Source: Botryllus schlosseri
Lineage: Eukaryota
Assembly: GCA_051294905.1 (NCBI GenBank)
Contig: CM119372.1
Location: 11,906,001-11,970,000, forward strand
Length of the DNA stretch: 64,000 nt
Direction: 5' to 3'
The notes under the pieces are model-generated. The model searched no databases. It was given only the letters and a program-made list of their open reading frames with translations, and was not told the origin of the DNA. How positions within the stretch are numbered: the first letter of the stretch is position 1; each line of letters begins with the position of its first letter. Below are positions 20,840-57,221 of this stretch, one piece after another. A program made the translations under genes and the position numbers.

Positions 20840-22496
20840 AAACGTCGTAGGTCTTGGAGTGTTCAGGGTGGAATTTACGGCCGGTACCGACATTCCGGTG
20901 TATGCGATATTCCTCCACAAACTGCATGGCTTAACATCACTGGACTATAAAGCACGCCAACGCCTCAATGGCCATTCTCTCTTAGTCAAGTCCGTAAGTG
21001 TCGGAACATTTCTCATATTAGATTGGAATTAGAATTAGAGCATAAAACCAATTCACAAATTAGATTAGAATTAGAACTAGAACTAGAACTAGAGCATAGA
21101 AACATTTCACATATTAGATTAAAATTCGATTACTGGCATTTCGCTCTAATTTAGTGAAATTAGTCATCTAGAATTATCTAGTTGTCCAACTGTCCAAGTC
21201 TGACTCCGAGACGAAGTCACCATGAAAAATCGGGGCTAATGAGCGGTATACTATATAGTACAGTGGTTCGGAACCCTTTTGGACAGAAGAGCCATATTGG
21301 CCCAATATTTTCAAATGTAACTTCCGAAGAGCCATACATGTCATTCAACTGTTACATCACAATTGAACATCAGTGACGTATTGGTAGCACTAATATGTAG
21401 GATTCGTAGTGTGCGCCATATTTTTCTGCCCACGTGGGTAGGTAGAGCCACATATGATCGGTGCATGGTCCCGGAAGCAGTACATAACCACCGCGTGATG
21501 CGTCAATGACGTGGGGTTAGGGGAGGCAAGTGAGGCAGTGCCTCAGATGTCGTCAGGGATGAGTGAAGGAAAATTGTGAATCCTTCAATGGATATTGGTA
21601 TCTTCTGTCGATGTTTATGAATGACCAGATTTTGAACATTTTTATTCCTAAAATGACGGAATTTTCATGCTTATAGACACTTACGTGACCTTTGACACGA
21701 ACGAATCAGGTTGCAGTAGGATGTAAACAAAGAACAAGCCCGGGCAAGCTTACTATGAGCTCTTATGGAAAAGGGTTGAAAAATATAGGTTTTTAGCAAA
21801 ATTACATTGAATTGGGAATAGCTGGCTTTGGTGAATGGTAATAACGTAGAGCTAGTATGTATATGCAGTGTTATAACCTACAATAAGCATGAATGATGGC
21901 AAGCACGCATCAGCATGGTATGTCCAAATGAATGAATTTCTGACAACTTTTCGGATGAAGCAACTATTGCTGTATTATCCTTAGTCGTATACTATAGGAT
22001 TGTTGTAGCGAATAGAGTGTATTAGAGGAATATTGAGTCAGGATATGTGTGGTATCCATTATGTGGCGTTATATGCGTTCTATTTATGGAATCGACATTT
22101 GTATATAGTAGTCTACAGTCTGTATCATTATCTAGCAAATTACTGTTACACTGGACACTTGTCTGCATATTCAATGATCATATTAATATGATATATGTTA
22201 GGCAACATGATCTGTTCCCGGCTGAAATCGTCATTTTTTGTTCTAGCTCGTGTATTGAATCTATCAGGATAAACACTGTGCTAATAGCCTGCGTAACATG
22301 GAGATGGCTACCCAGACCTTTCCTGGTGTGCGCTTTTACCTTTCCCAGAGCCAATGACATGCATGGAAGAATGTAAAATCTGGATAAAGGCATGTGGACT
22401 TCCTTGTAGTCATCTGAATTCTCATTTTATTAAGAAAATGACATATCTATTATTGTACCAAAAATATTGAATCGTGACATAATCTAGAATCTAGAT

Positions 22497-22861
22497 CAGT
22501 GGTTCCCAACATGGGCGATTTGGCGGTCTAGGGGGGGGCGAAAATGACGAAGGGGGCGACAGGGGGGCGAAAATGGACAAAGGGGGCGAAAATAGCGAAG
22601 GGGCGATTCGGGGGGGCGATGACGCGTCAAAACGGCTGACATTTTTTCAATTTTTTTTTTATTTTTAGTCAACCCACGGAAATTTAGTTACAAAAGTGTG
22701 TCAAATTAGACATCGAGCCGAAAATTTGACGCTTTTTTTTACTCAACCTGCCGATGATTACAGGTTTGTATGCCCAATTTTCGGTACACAAAATTTGGGG
22801 GGCGATGATCGGTATTGACCTTGAAAAGGGGGCGATAGGTCAAAAAGGTTGGGAACCACTG
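22497..22861. mobile_element. hAT MITE family C nested in the ISL2EU-like element
   Basis: TIRs cagtggttcccaac / gttgggaaccactg; perfect TSD atctagat at 22489-22496 and 22862-22869. Confidence 0.9.
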
Positions 22862-23555
22862 ATCTAGATGAAACAATTCTGTGTTTCAAAATGAGTCCAA
22901 TCTGAAATGCAGTCACACTTGATGCCACAATCGACTTGGTGTGTCTCGTTTTATTCCACTCCAGTTTTGTTGCTTGATGGTGTGTAATGTATTGAAATTG
23001 TTGAAAACAATGTATTCAATAATGAGACGAATAGTTGAAATTGGTAGCGGTGATACGTTGTACGAGTCGGACGAGTACGCCTTGATAGGTGCCTGCACAG
23101 CAGTATTGCTCTGTAAAATAAACATATTATATATTTTGTGCAGGCTTGATGGATATCTTTTATGAAGCTGCAGAAAGAGGAAGTCGATGGATAAAACGCA
23201 AGAAAATCAAATTTCTGGAAGAAGCATAGAAGCACAAAACAGTAAACTCGTCCAGGAAAATTACAAATTGACGGACAATTATTGCTAGTGAAGTTCAGTT
23301 CTCAGAGGAGCATCATAATGTCAAAAGATGCGGAGAAGCTGAAATTTTATGCTAGACTACATTAAATTCTTTCTGAATTGCCCGACTTATCCTACTGACG
23401 TCAAATTTATAGTATTGCTGTAAGCATAGTATTTAACCATTGGGTCAGCCATATGTAACTGCTTCATTAAATCGCGATTTGGCCATGTAGATATGTGGTT
23501 CTTGAAAATGCACCATTTGCATTCATTCATGATTTCTCAAATCTAGAATGATTAT

Positions 23556-23840
23556 TGACTGTCAATAAATCACATACAACTTTGAAAGGATTGATGGATT
23601 GTGGTACACTTACTTTTGTGCAGGAACTATTTACAGGGAGCATTTCAGATCGAAATATTAGTTAAATATGTGGATTCGACAAGAAATGTAAGAAAATGAC
23701 TGTCAATAAATCACATACAACTTTGAAAGGATTGATGGATTGTGGTACACTTACTTTTGTGCAGGAACTATTTACAGGGAGCATTTCAGATCGAAATATT
23801 AGTTAAATATGTGGATTCGACAAGAAATGTAAGAAAATGA
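23556..23840. repeat. Tandem duplication, period 141 bp, two apparently identical copies
   Basis: tgactgtcaataaatcacatacaac...tgtaagaaaa starts at 23556 and again at 23697. Confidence 0.9.
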
Positions 23841-25596
23841 TGGAGTTCAGCTATGGTGAGCCAGGCAATGCTATCATGGCAGAAAAGGGATTCACCATTG
23901 AGTCTGAAATCAAGAAATTGAATCTAGATTTAAATATTCCTGCACGTGATTTACACACCGTCAAATGCCTGAGCCAGACTGTTCCACAACAAGAAAGATG
24001 GCGAGAGAACGTATTCATATTGAACAGCTGATCGGAAGAATCAAGGAGTATAAAATTTTGTCTGGTGTCATACTATGCAGCATTGTGTATCACAACTAAC
24101 CAAATATATATGGACTAATTGCATACTCTAATTCAAGATTGAAAATTAAAAATGAATGACGCAACATATTCGGCAATTGTGCAAATTCAGTTCCATTGTC
24201 AATATCGTAATGCCTAATAGCATGCTACGGATCGTAATTGCGCGGTGCCATGGTCAGTCTGTACCAACAGTGCATGTCTAGATATTCCAGTGGTGTGTAT
24301 TATTGAAGCTCATTTAGATGCCCAATTTGTTGAATGAACAATTCTCCAGATGAAAATGTTCTAGGATTATTTGTGTTTGATGGAATGTTATAAAACTGAA
24401 GACACCAGATACACCAAAATCTACCTTGAGGCAGGAGTTGATCGGTTGCGAGTACGGTGGAGAGATTGCTTGTCAATCACGATGGAGCTCACTGATGCTG
24501 ATGCAAATCACAATGTAGTCCTTTTAGCTTCAGGTGCTGGATTGTCTTAATCAATGCATATGCATGAGAGCATATATCAGAACCTAATATGAAAATAAAT
24601 CATGGTTAAAATATCTATTGAAGGAGTCTCTGAAAAATGTCTTTTTCCTTACTTACCCTGTCTTACAAGTGCAAGACGAATCAATAATGGATTTTCCGAG
24701 AACGTGTATTTCCATTGAGTGTGTTATCTCACTTTTCCGCAAGTTGCTATAACATTGGCTGTTCACTAGAATATTGCTTCTAAAAAGAGTGGATTGTCTC
24801 CTCAATCTTTATCCCTAAATCGTGTGCATAGCGCTCCATGAAATACTTCGTAGCTTTCTCCGCGGTGTTAGAAGAAGATGCTGTTCCACTCAAATCCATA
24901 AATTCGATAGAATCTCCATAGCTTTCAAGTTTCATAATCAATACACAAAAATTGTGATGTGTGGCAGCAGCTATATTTTATAGTATATATATTTCTGAAC
25001 ATGAGATATGCTTGAAAATTTTGCTCGAGACCTGGAGCCTATGAAATCGTCAAAATATGCATTACCACAATCCTATAGTATAGTATACAACAATCGTCGC
25101 CTAATCAGAAAAGTTGTCAAAAACCCGTGCATTTGGACACAGCACGCTGGTGCGTACTTGCCACCATTCATGTTCATCCTAGATTAAAAGCTGCAACCAC
25201 ATACTAGCTCTACGCTATTACTATTCATTAAGGCCAGTCATCCCCAATTCAACGTAATCTTGCTTAAAACCTTCATTTTTCAACCTTTTTCCATAAGAGC
25301 TCATAGTAAGCTTGCCCGGGCTTGTTCTTTGTTTACATCCTGCTGCAACATGATTGGTTCGTGTCAAAGGTCACGTAAGTCCTTGACTCATTTCTGTAAC
25401 TTGTGTTTTCTTTTTTTTTCATTAGCCTGCTATTATTTTGTCGGGGGTTGGTACTCAAATTGAAGTAATAGCAATAATTACGTTGAAACGGAATCGCCCG
25501 ATGGCACGATGCGCGAAGAAAATGTTCGGACTGAAGTAATCCACGTTTTTCTTTAGTTTGTGGTCTGATAAGTGTGATCTTGACGATAGTCTAGAG

Positions 25597-28492
25597 CAGT
25601 GGTTCTCAAGCTTTTTCACTGTGGGAGCCATTTTATGAACCTCAACTCTGTCGGGAGCCGCATGATGGCACGAATAACGTAATTTATTGAGAATAGAAAA
25701 ATATCATCAAAAATGGTATCAACGAAATGGTGTACGGCTAAAATAGCGACGGCCTTAATAGCGACGGCCAAAACACCGACTGGCCACAACAGCGACGGCC
25801 ATAACAGCGACGGCCAAAACCGCGATTGGCTCAAACAGCGACGGCCAAAACAAATACGACAATTTCCCCAGACGACACTGTGACAGCGGGCACTCCCCAT
25901 ACGGACAACTTCCGAAACGACGTTACCCAGCCACGTCCCTTCACCGATGGTATACCGAGGTATACCATTCACCGTTGAAGCCGATTGCGGATGATTTACA
26001 ATTTACATTCTTCCAGATAGTAAATAGATAGTGATCACCACAGATTTAGCGTCACAACATGTTTATTGAGACTTAATCCACAATCTTTCTGAGTTCCGAG
26101 AGCATGTGAATTGAGTTTGGATGAACAAGGCGTGACGCTAAATCTGTGGTGATCACTATCTATTTTGCAACTTAGTGCGAAACTTGAAATTGAATTTGAT
26201 TTTTCACAAGTTTGTCATAACGAGGTTTCATCGTGGAGGAAGCTGTGCACAAGAGCTGTTTCAGATGACGATCAGTCAATCGGTTGCGATATTTGCTTTT
26301 GATCCTCACTAATTTGCTGAAAAGGGCTTCACATACATAGGTTGAACCGAACATGCAGGCATTCTTCGATGCGTTAGCTATCAGGTTGGGGTATTTTTCT
26401 TCAGGAACAGCACCCCAAAATTCAAGGAGTCCATTGCTTTGAAACAACAGTCGCAATTCTATATCGGACTGCAAGTCCAGCAGTTCCATCTGAAAAATAT
26501 CAGGGGCAGTGGCGGCATCTACTGCCATTGGGTTTGAAAATATATTCATCAGGGGTACGGAATGATGCATTCCCTCTATTCGACGTTTAAACCCGTCAAT
26601 CAAGGTACTAATAACCTGGTCATATGTTTTGAATGATCCATTCTGTCGGTGGTTTGAAAGCGTTACAAAATGTGTCGTAACACCCTCCTCTAGGTGCTTT
26701 CTCCAAAGACACAATTTCTCAATGAAACCAGACACTGTCCCGTACCAGGCGTGACAGAGCTTGTTATTTCCTTGTAAGTTCCGATTTAGTGACGACAGGT
26801 GTGAGGTAATATCCACCATGAACGCCAAGTCAGCAACCCAGTGTTCGTTTCCCAACTGAGGGATGTCTTTCTTTCCTTCGACAAATATTTTAATCTCAGG
26901 AAGTAGCGCGTAAAATCTTTTGAGGCATGCAGCTCGGCTTAGCCATCGTACAGCGGTGAACATGATCAAGTCTCCATGGTCAGCATCAATATCGGTGAGA
27001 AAAGCCTTGAATTTTCGATGGTTAAGTGCGTTTGCTCGAATCCAATTTACGGTCGATATTACTATATCTGTCACATTGGACATCTTTAATGATTTAGCAA
27101 CAAGACTTTCCTGGTGTATAATGCAGTGTTGCCAAGTCACAGCGTCAAGATTCTGTTCAGCACGCCATTTGTTGACGAGTCCTTGAAGACCTAGATTTTT
27201 GCCGAGCATTGCTGGGCAGCCATCTGTCGCCAATGAATATAATTTCGATGGGTCTAAATGCGCTTCTTGAAGAGTAGCATGAAATTCACGAAACATGTCG
27301 GTTCCCTTCGTTGTGCCATGAATAGATCGCAAAGTAAGAAACTCCTCGCAAATCTTGAAATCTGGCATGACTCCCCGGATGAATACAGCTAATTGCTCTA
27401 TGTCGGTAATGTCGTTAGTGCTGTCAAGAGCAAGCGAGTAGTAAGAAAAATCTTGCGACTTGTGAATAAGTTGCTCATGCAGATCTTGGGATATGCAATC
27501 GACACGACGCGTTACTGTATCATTGCTAAGCTGCAATTTTTTAGCTTTCTGCTGAATGGCAGGAGAACAATTGTCTTCGGTAAACAAAACAATAGCCTGC
27601 TTCGTAATTTCGCCATCAGAATATGGCTTCATATTGCTGGCCAATAGATGACTGATCTTATATGATGTTATTGTTACCTCTTCGGGTTCTTTTTTTTTTA
27701 AAAACATTTTTCCTTGTTTGCTACGCTCTGCTTTCAGACATTCTAACTTCCGTTTCCTTGATTCACCTTGATAGACGTCGTATTTTCCCGCATGTGTTTT
27801 ATAATGCCTCTTAACGTTGAAAGATTTTACACCGTTTATTATTATAGGGCACAGAAGGCATTTCGCTTTGCCGTTTTCCTCAATTTGAAAATACGCCTCT
27901 TCCCATTCACTTTGAAAGGCCCGATTTTCTTGCACAAGGGTGCGAGATTTCTTTGCAGGTTGATCTGAACCTGACATTATCATTGAACCAAAGTCTCCGA
28001 TATTTTCTAACGCTATCAAGATAAAAGCAAAGAGTAAGAAAATAAAGTACCTGCAGTTACCCCAAACGTTGATTGTCTTATTGACCGAGTCTCTTGTCAC
28101 CCGTATTCTAATATGAGCCGCCGTCTCGAGCGAAATAAACTTCGCCCGTCTCATTACAGACACCTGATTAGGCTTAGGTCAGACGGTCAGAGCCTTCAGT
28201 AAAGCAGTAAAGGTTCGGATTTAAAGCCTACCGAAATTACTATCGGTAATGTTACGTCACAACCCGTACAACTTGTATTACGTAGGATTCTATTGTGATC
28301 AGGGAATGACCTTCGCGTCAGTAAACGTGAACATAAACGTACATTTGTTGTGTTGAAGGCGCGATTTATTTATGATCATGAATAATTAGAATTTCCGTAG
28401 AAGCATCAATGATTTCACATCGTTAGTGAGAGCCGCACGGAGAGCAGTCGAGAGCCGCATGCGGCTCGGAGAGCCGCGGTTGAGAATCACTG
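25597..28492 (-). mobile_element. Full-length autonomous hAT transposon (Buster/SPIN/Charlie group), 2,896 bp
   Basis: TIRs cagtggttctcaa / ttgagaatcactg; perfect TSD gtctagag at 25589-25596 and 28493-28500; gagccgc subterminal repeats; uninterrupted transposase ORF. Confidence 0.95.
26172..27983 (-). CDS. hAT transposase, GTF2IRD2/SPIN-like, ~603 aa from the first ATG
   Basis: BED-type finger CLLC...KRHYKTH; catalytic D (SLALDST), D (ATDGCPAM), CxxH (HCIIHQE), RW (VRWLS) and E (STYVCEALFS); C-terminal dimerisation motif KSKYRNRLTD. The ORF track extends it to a GTG at 28163. Confidence 0.93.
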   Translation of the reverse strand: MIMSGSDQPAKKSRTLVQENRAFQSEWEEAYFQIEENGKAKCLLCPIIINGVKSFNVKRHYKTHAGKYDVYQGESRKRKLECLKAERSKQGKMFLKKKEPEEVTITSYKISHLLASNMKPYSDGEITKQAIVLFTEDNCSPAIQQKAKKLQLSNDTVTRRVDCISQDLHEQLIHKSQDFSYYSLALDSTNDITDIEQLAVFIRGVMPDFKICEEFLTLRSIHGTTKGTDMFREFHATLQEAHLDPSKLYSLATDGCPAMLGKNLGLQGLVNKWRAEQNLDAVTWQHCIIHQESLVAKSLKMSNVTDIVISTVNWIRANALNHRKFKAFLTDIDADHGDLIMFTAVRWLSRAACLKRFYALLPEIKIFVEGKKDIPQLGNEHWVADLAFMVDITSHLSSLNRNLQGNNKLCHAWYGTVSGFIEKLCLWRKHLEEGVTTHFVTLSNHRQNGSFKTYDQVISTLIDGFKRRIEGMHHSVPLMNIFSNPMAVDAATAPDIFQMELLDLQSDIELRLLFQSNGLLEFWGAVPEEKYPNLIANASKNACMFGSTYVCEALFSKLVRIKSKYRNRLTDRHLKQLLCTASSTMKPRYDKLVKNQIQFQVSH

Positions 28493-28507
28493 GTCTAGAG
28501 TCTAGAC

Positions 28508-29971
28508 CAGTGGTTCCCAACCTTTTTGTCTTCATTCCCCACTTCACATTTTTTCCGAGCCTTAATTCCCCACCAGGACCGTAACAACACCTCGTCAGCC
28601 CCGCCAAAAAAACGTTGATCTTGGGCCCCCACAGGGTGATAAACTCCCTCAGTCCCGCTGAGCCTGTACGCTTTTTCCCCGCTACTTATCAGCTACATTG
28701 GGTATAATGTTTAGTGCGTCACCTTATGTGGACTAAACGCGCGAAGCGCAAAAAATTTGTATATAGTACGTGTTTGAATCGGTAAATATGATAGGGAATT
28801 GCACATATTTTGTGATCAATTTTTTAACCCCTCTCTGCTCACGTAATCAGATTTACCCGTAGAGCTGAGTGAGGTGTGTTAGAAAAGGTAGGACCCCGAA
28901 ATAAGAATTAAATATTTTCAGGCGGACCCGTTGGTATATTGACTTCATTGCATTATGCTATTTCGTGACCTCCTTTATCTGCTGTCAAAAGATAAGGAAT
29001 CGCTCAAACTAAAAAGCACACACGATTTCAAATTGGTATTGCTTTACTGGTAAATAATTTTTCCCTGCGAGATGGCATTTGCCCTGTGGGGTTCGAATCG
29101 CCAGGACAGGAACACTCGGCGCCAGCCATTTACCCGCCTATGGACAATTAAGCATATATGTATACTCTATATATATCGAAGTTTTCGGTCACCACAAGGC
29201 CATTCCTTCTAGGCCAAGATCTTCTCGCTGCTCATCGTTCTAGCACACCTCTCTAAGTTGCATTTTACATGGCCTTGGTGCGTTGTGGCGCAGTAATGGC
29301 CGACGCCGAAGTCTCCATTTCTATAAATTTTACGTATTTTCGTGGGGGAAGGGTACCGAAGGGGAATAATCGAATATTCGTCAAAAAGTAAATCGCGCAC
29401 CCAGCGCGAAAATTGTTTGATAAAGTGGCATACATTTCGAAAAAAATACTTTAATTTATGATAATTCACGAAATAATTTTGGGCCTCTTCGAGCTTGCCC
29501 CCGCCCCCCGAATTGAGGGGTTTGAGGTGCGGCAGTTACGATCCTGCTCCCCACTACCCAGCACTTTTGTCATCACAGAGCAGCTATTTGCTGGTTTGAC
29601 TACACAAGACACACGACCACCAGTACGCAAGACAATCGCCTTTAACTGCAACATAAAACGTATTGTGAACCGATACCAGTAACGTTCAAAATTTCGCGAA
29701 AGCGGTATTTCACGTCAAACTAGTCGTGCTGGATGCGTTTGTGACGCCATGATTGGCCATCCAGAGTAGAAATGAGGTTTTGTGAACGACACGCAATATA
29801 ATTTTCGATACATACATTCCAGAGCAGTTTACTGGTAACGGTAATTGCGCATGTGTCTCCGTGAATATGTAGACTGTCCTGTATATGATTTTAAACAAAT
29901 GAGTCTATTCCCCACCAGAAATCATTGAATTCCCCACCAGTGGGGAATTCCCCACCTTTTGGGAACCACTG
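28508..29971. mobile_element. Non-autonomous hAT element abutting the autonomous copy
   Basis: TIRs cagtggttcccaa / ttgggaaccactg; perfect TSD gtctagac at 28500-28507 and 29972-29979; ttccccac subterminal repeats. Confidence 0.9.
28574..29546. mobile_element. Family D element (cagggccgtaac-type termini) nested in 28508-29971
   Basis: Termini caggaccgtaac / gttacgatcctg; TSD ttccccac / ctccccac; inverted homology to 33393-34616. Confidence 0.75.
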
Positions 29972-30349
29972 GTCTAGACCGTGTGGCACAAACAAGGCTG
30001 GAGATGTATCATCACATGCCTTATTTGATCATGTAAATACGATTGCGAAATAAATGCGCACTGTGTTTGGCACAAATAGATAGGCGAATATCACTTTCAC
30101 CCGCACTTACGTAATGATAATCGACTCGTTCGTGAATCGCGTAAGGCCGGACTTTGTTCAATACTGCGTGTGTGAATTATATGTATAAAGAACAGTGATG
30201 TAATTACCCGTATAGTTATGGGGATGTCTGAAGGTCAATACCCCCTCCCCTCCCCCAGTAGTTGTACTGCCCACCCTATGGGGGCTCAAGACTATCGTTT
30301 TCGGGGGGTGTTCCTTGAACTCATCAAATATTTTCTCTATTCTCTACTA

Positions 30350-30400
30350 GTTGCTGACGATTACCCCTGACGAGTGTCAGCCGAAAATATTCGGGTTCAT
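30350..30400 (+). ncRNA. Putative minimal type I hammerhead ribozyme, copy 1 (core intact)
   Basis: ACCC-CUGACGA-G(UGUCAGC)C-GAA-AAUAUU-C-GGGU: helix I ACCC/GGGU, conserved CUGANGA and GAAA boxes, palindromic helix III AAUAUU, UUC cleavage triplet at 30390-30392. Confidence 0.65.
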
Positions 30401-30654
30401 TTCAATATGAATATACTATTTAATCATCAAATATTTGCTCCCGTATTTTTTTTTATGCCACGTCACTGATACCGACCATATATAAATGATGATGCAAAAC
30501 TACCGCATTAAATCTCTTATGTATCTACAGGGTTATGGGAAACCTATATCATCCATTCGGTATTTCCTGGTCGGCATCGGGAAAAAATACGAACATAAAC
30601 CTCAATTTATAACATAACTTCCATAGCTTTTGACGAAAACAAATATATAATAAA

Positions 30655-30828
30655 GACTGAACCTCCAACCAAATCCTTAGCTGACATACTTCAATCAAAC
30701 TTGAAGTCGAGCTTCTCGAACTCGACATTTGCCAATGTATAATATCGACTGAACCTCCAACCAAATCCTTAGCTCACATACTTCAATCAAACTTAAAGTC
30801 GAGCTTCTCGAACTCGACATTTGCCAAT
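30655..30828. repeat. Tandem duplication, period 92 bp, downstream of the Gli stop codon
   Basis: gactgaacctccaaccaaatccttagct...gacatttgccaat at 30655 and 30747, with two substitutions seen. Confidence 0.9.
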
Positions 30829-31439
30829 TCGCCAAACAAGTTCAAAGACTGCAACCCTAAACATGCACTTAGTTTTCCCGATTATCGAAACTGCAACCCT
30901 GCAGACCGCCTATACCTCTCAACACATTCTGTCTTGCGTCATCCGTTGATAATTCTACTGTCTACTATCCATCGTTTGGTTAATTTAGTGCCCATGGCTT
31001 TATTTCATCAGTGGCAGTATAAAAGTTATTGGAAATATACGTACAAAACAGGAAAGTATGGCGACGCGCGTTTTCGTTGGCAGTGTTTCAAACATAAGGC
31101 ACAATACGATTTCACGAGGCATCCGTCTTTAAACGTTATTTCAAATACTTCACAAACGTAAAAAAACAGCTGTAAACAGACAGCCAAAGCAATAGGAACG
31201 AATACGGCTCACATATACCCAAAGCGGTAAGGATGATAACATATGACAATGTGCGGTAAATAAAATATGCAGCGCAGAAGTCACGCTACGAACGAATTCA
31301 GGAGTTGGCTGGCGTACCGTGTCTTATCGGTCTGTCATAAAATCAAAATCTGGTACAAAATGGTGTCGGATACATGATTGTGTTTGCGAAAATTCGAGGT
31401 GAGATATACTGCATCTTCGTCTTGGTCTGCGCGCTTTGC

Positions 31440-57152
<25,713 letters not shown>

Positions 57153-57221
57153 CTAAAACGAGAAGAAATGAGTTATTATTTCGAACACGCAAATACAAGC
57201 CCTGATAAATATACAGTGAAA

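Larger units (their letters stand above)
21679..25380. mobile_element. Decayed ISL2EU-like (PIF/Harbinger-related) DNA transposon with ~330 bp TIRs
   Basis: 21679-22012 is the reverse complement of ~25058-25380. Plus-strand remnants: THAP (PFPEPMTCMEECKIWIKACG, ~22340-22400) and DDE_Tnp_4 motifs (KSHTTLKGL...ELFTGSISDR; GNAIMAEKGFTI...LNIP; RIHIEQLIGRIKEYKIL). Minus-strand SWIM-like CTCKTG...ICSHAYAL at ~24550-24675. Many stops and frameshifts. Confidence 0.7.

Noticed and set aside
21015..21125. (attaga/actaga)n hexamer runs resembling telomeric repeat
   Set aside because: Not TTAGGG; short degenerate simple repeat.
25616..25972. 118 aa ORF with LLWPS repeats, and a CRISPR-like look to the underlying array
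   Set aside because: The peptide is just the translated 15 bp tandem repeat; there are no unique spacers or cas genes and the context is eukaryotic.
27984..28163. 60 aa N-terminal extension of the transposase from a GTG
   Set aside because: Non-ATG start in a eukaryote; starting at the first ATG gives the ~600 aa size typical of this group.
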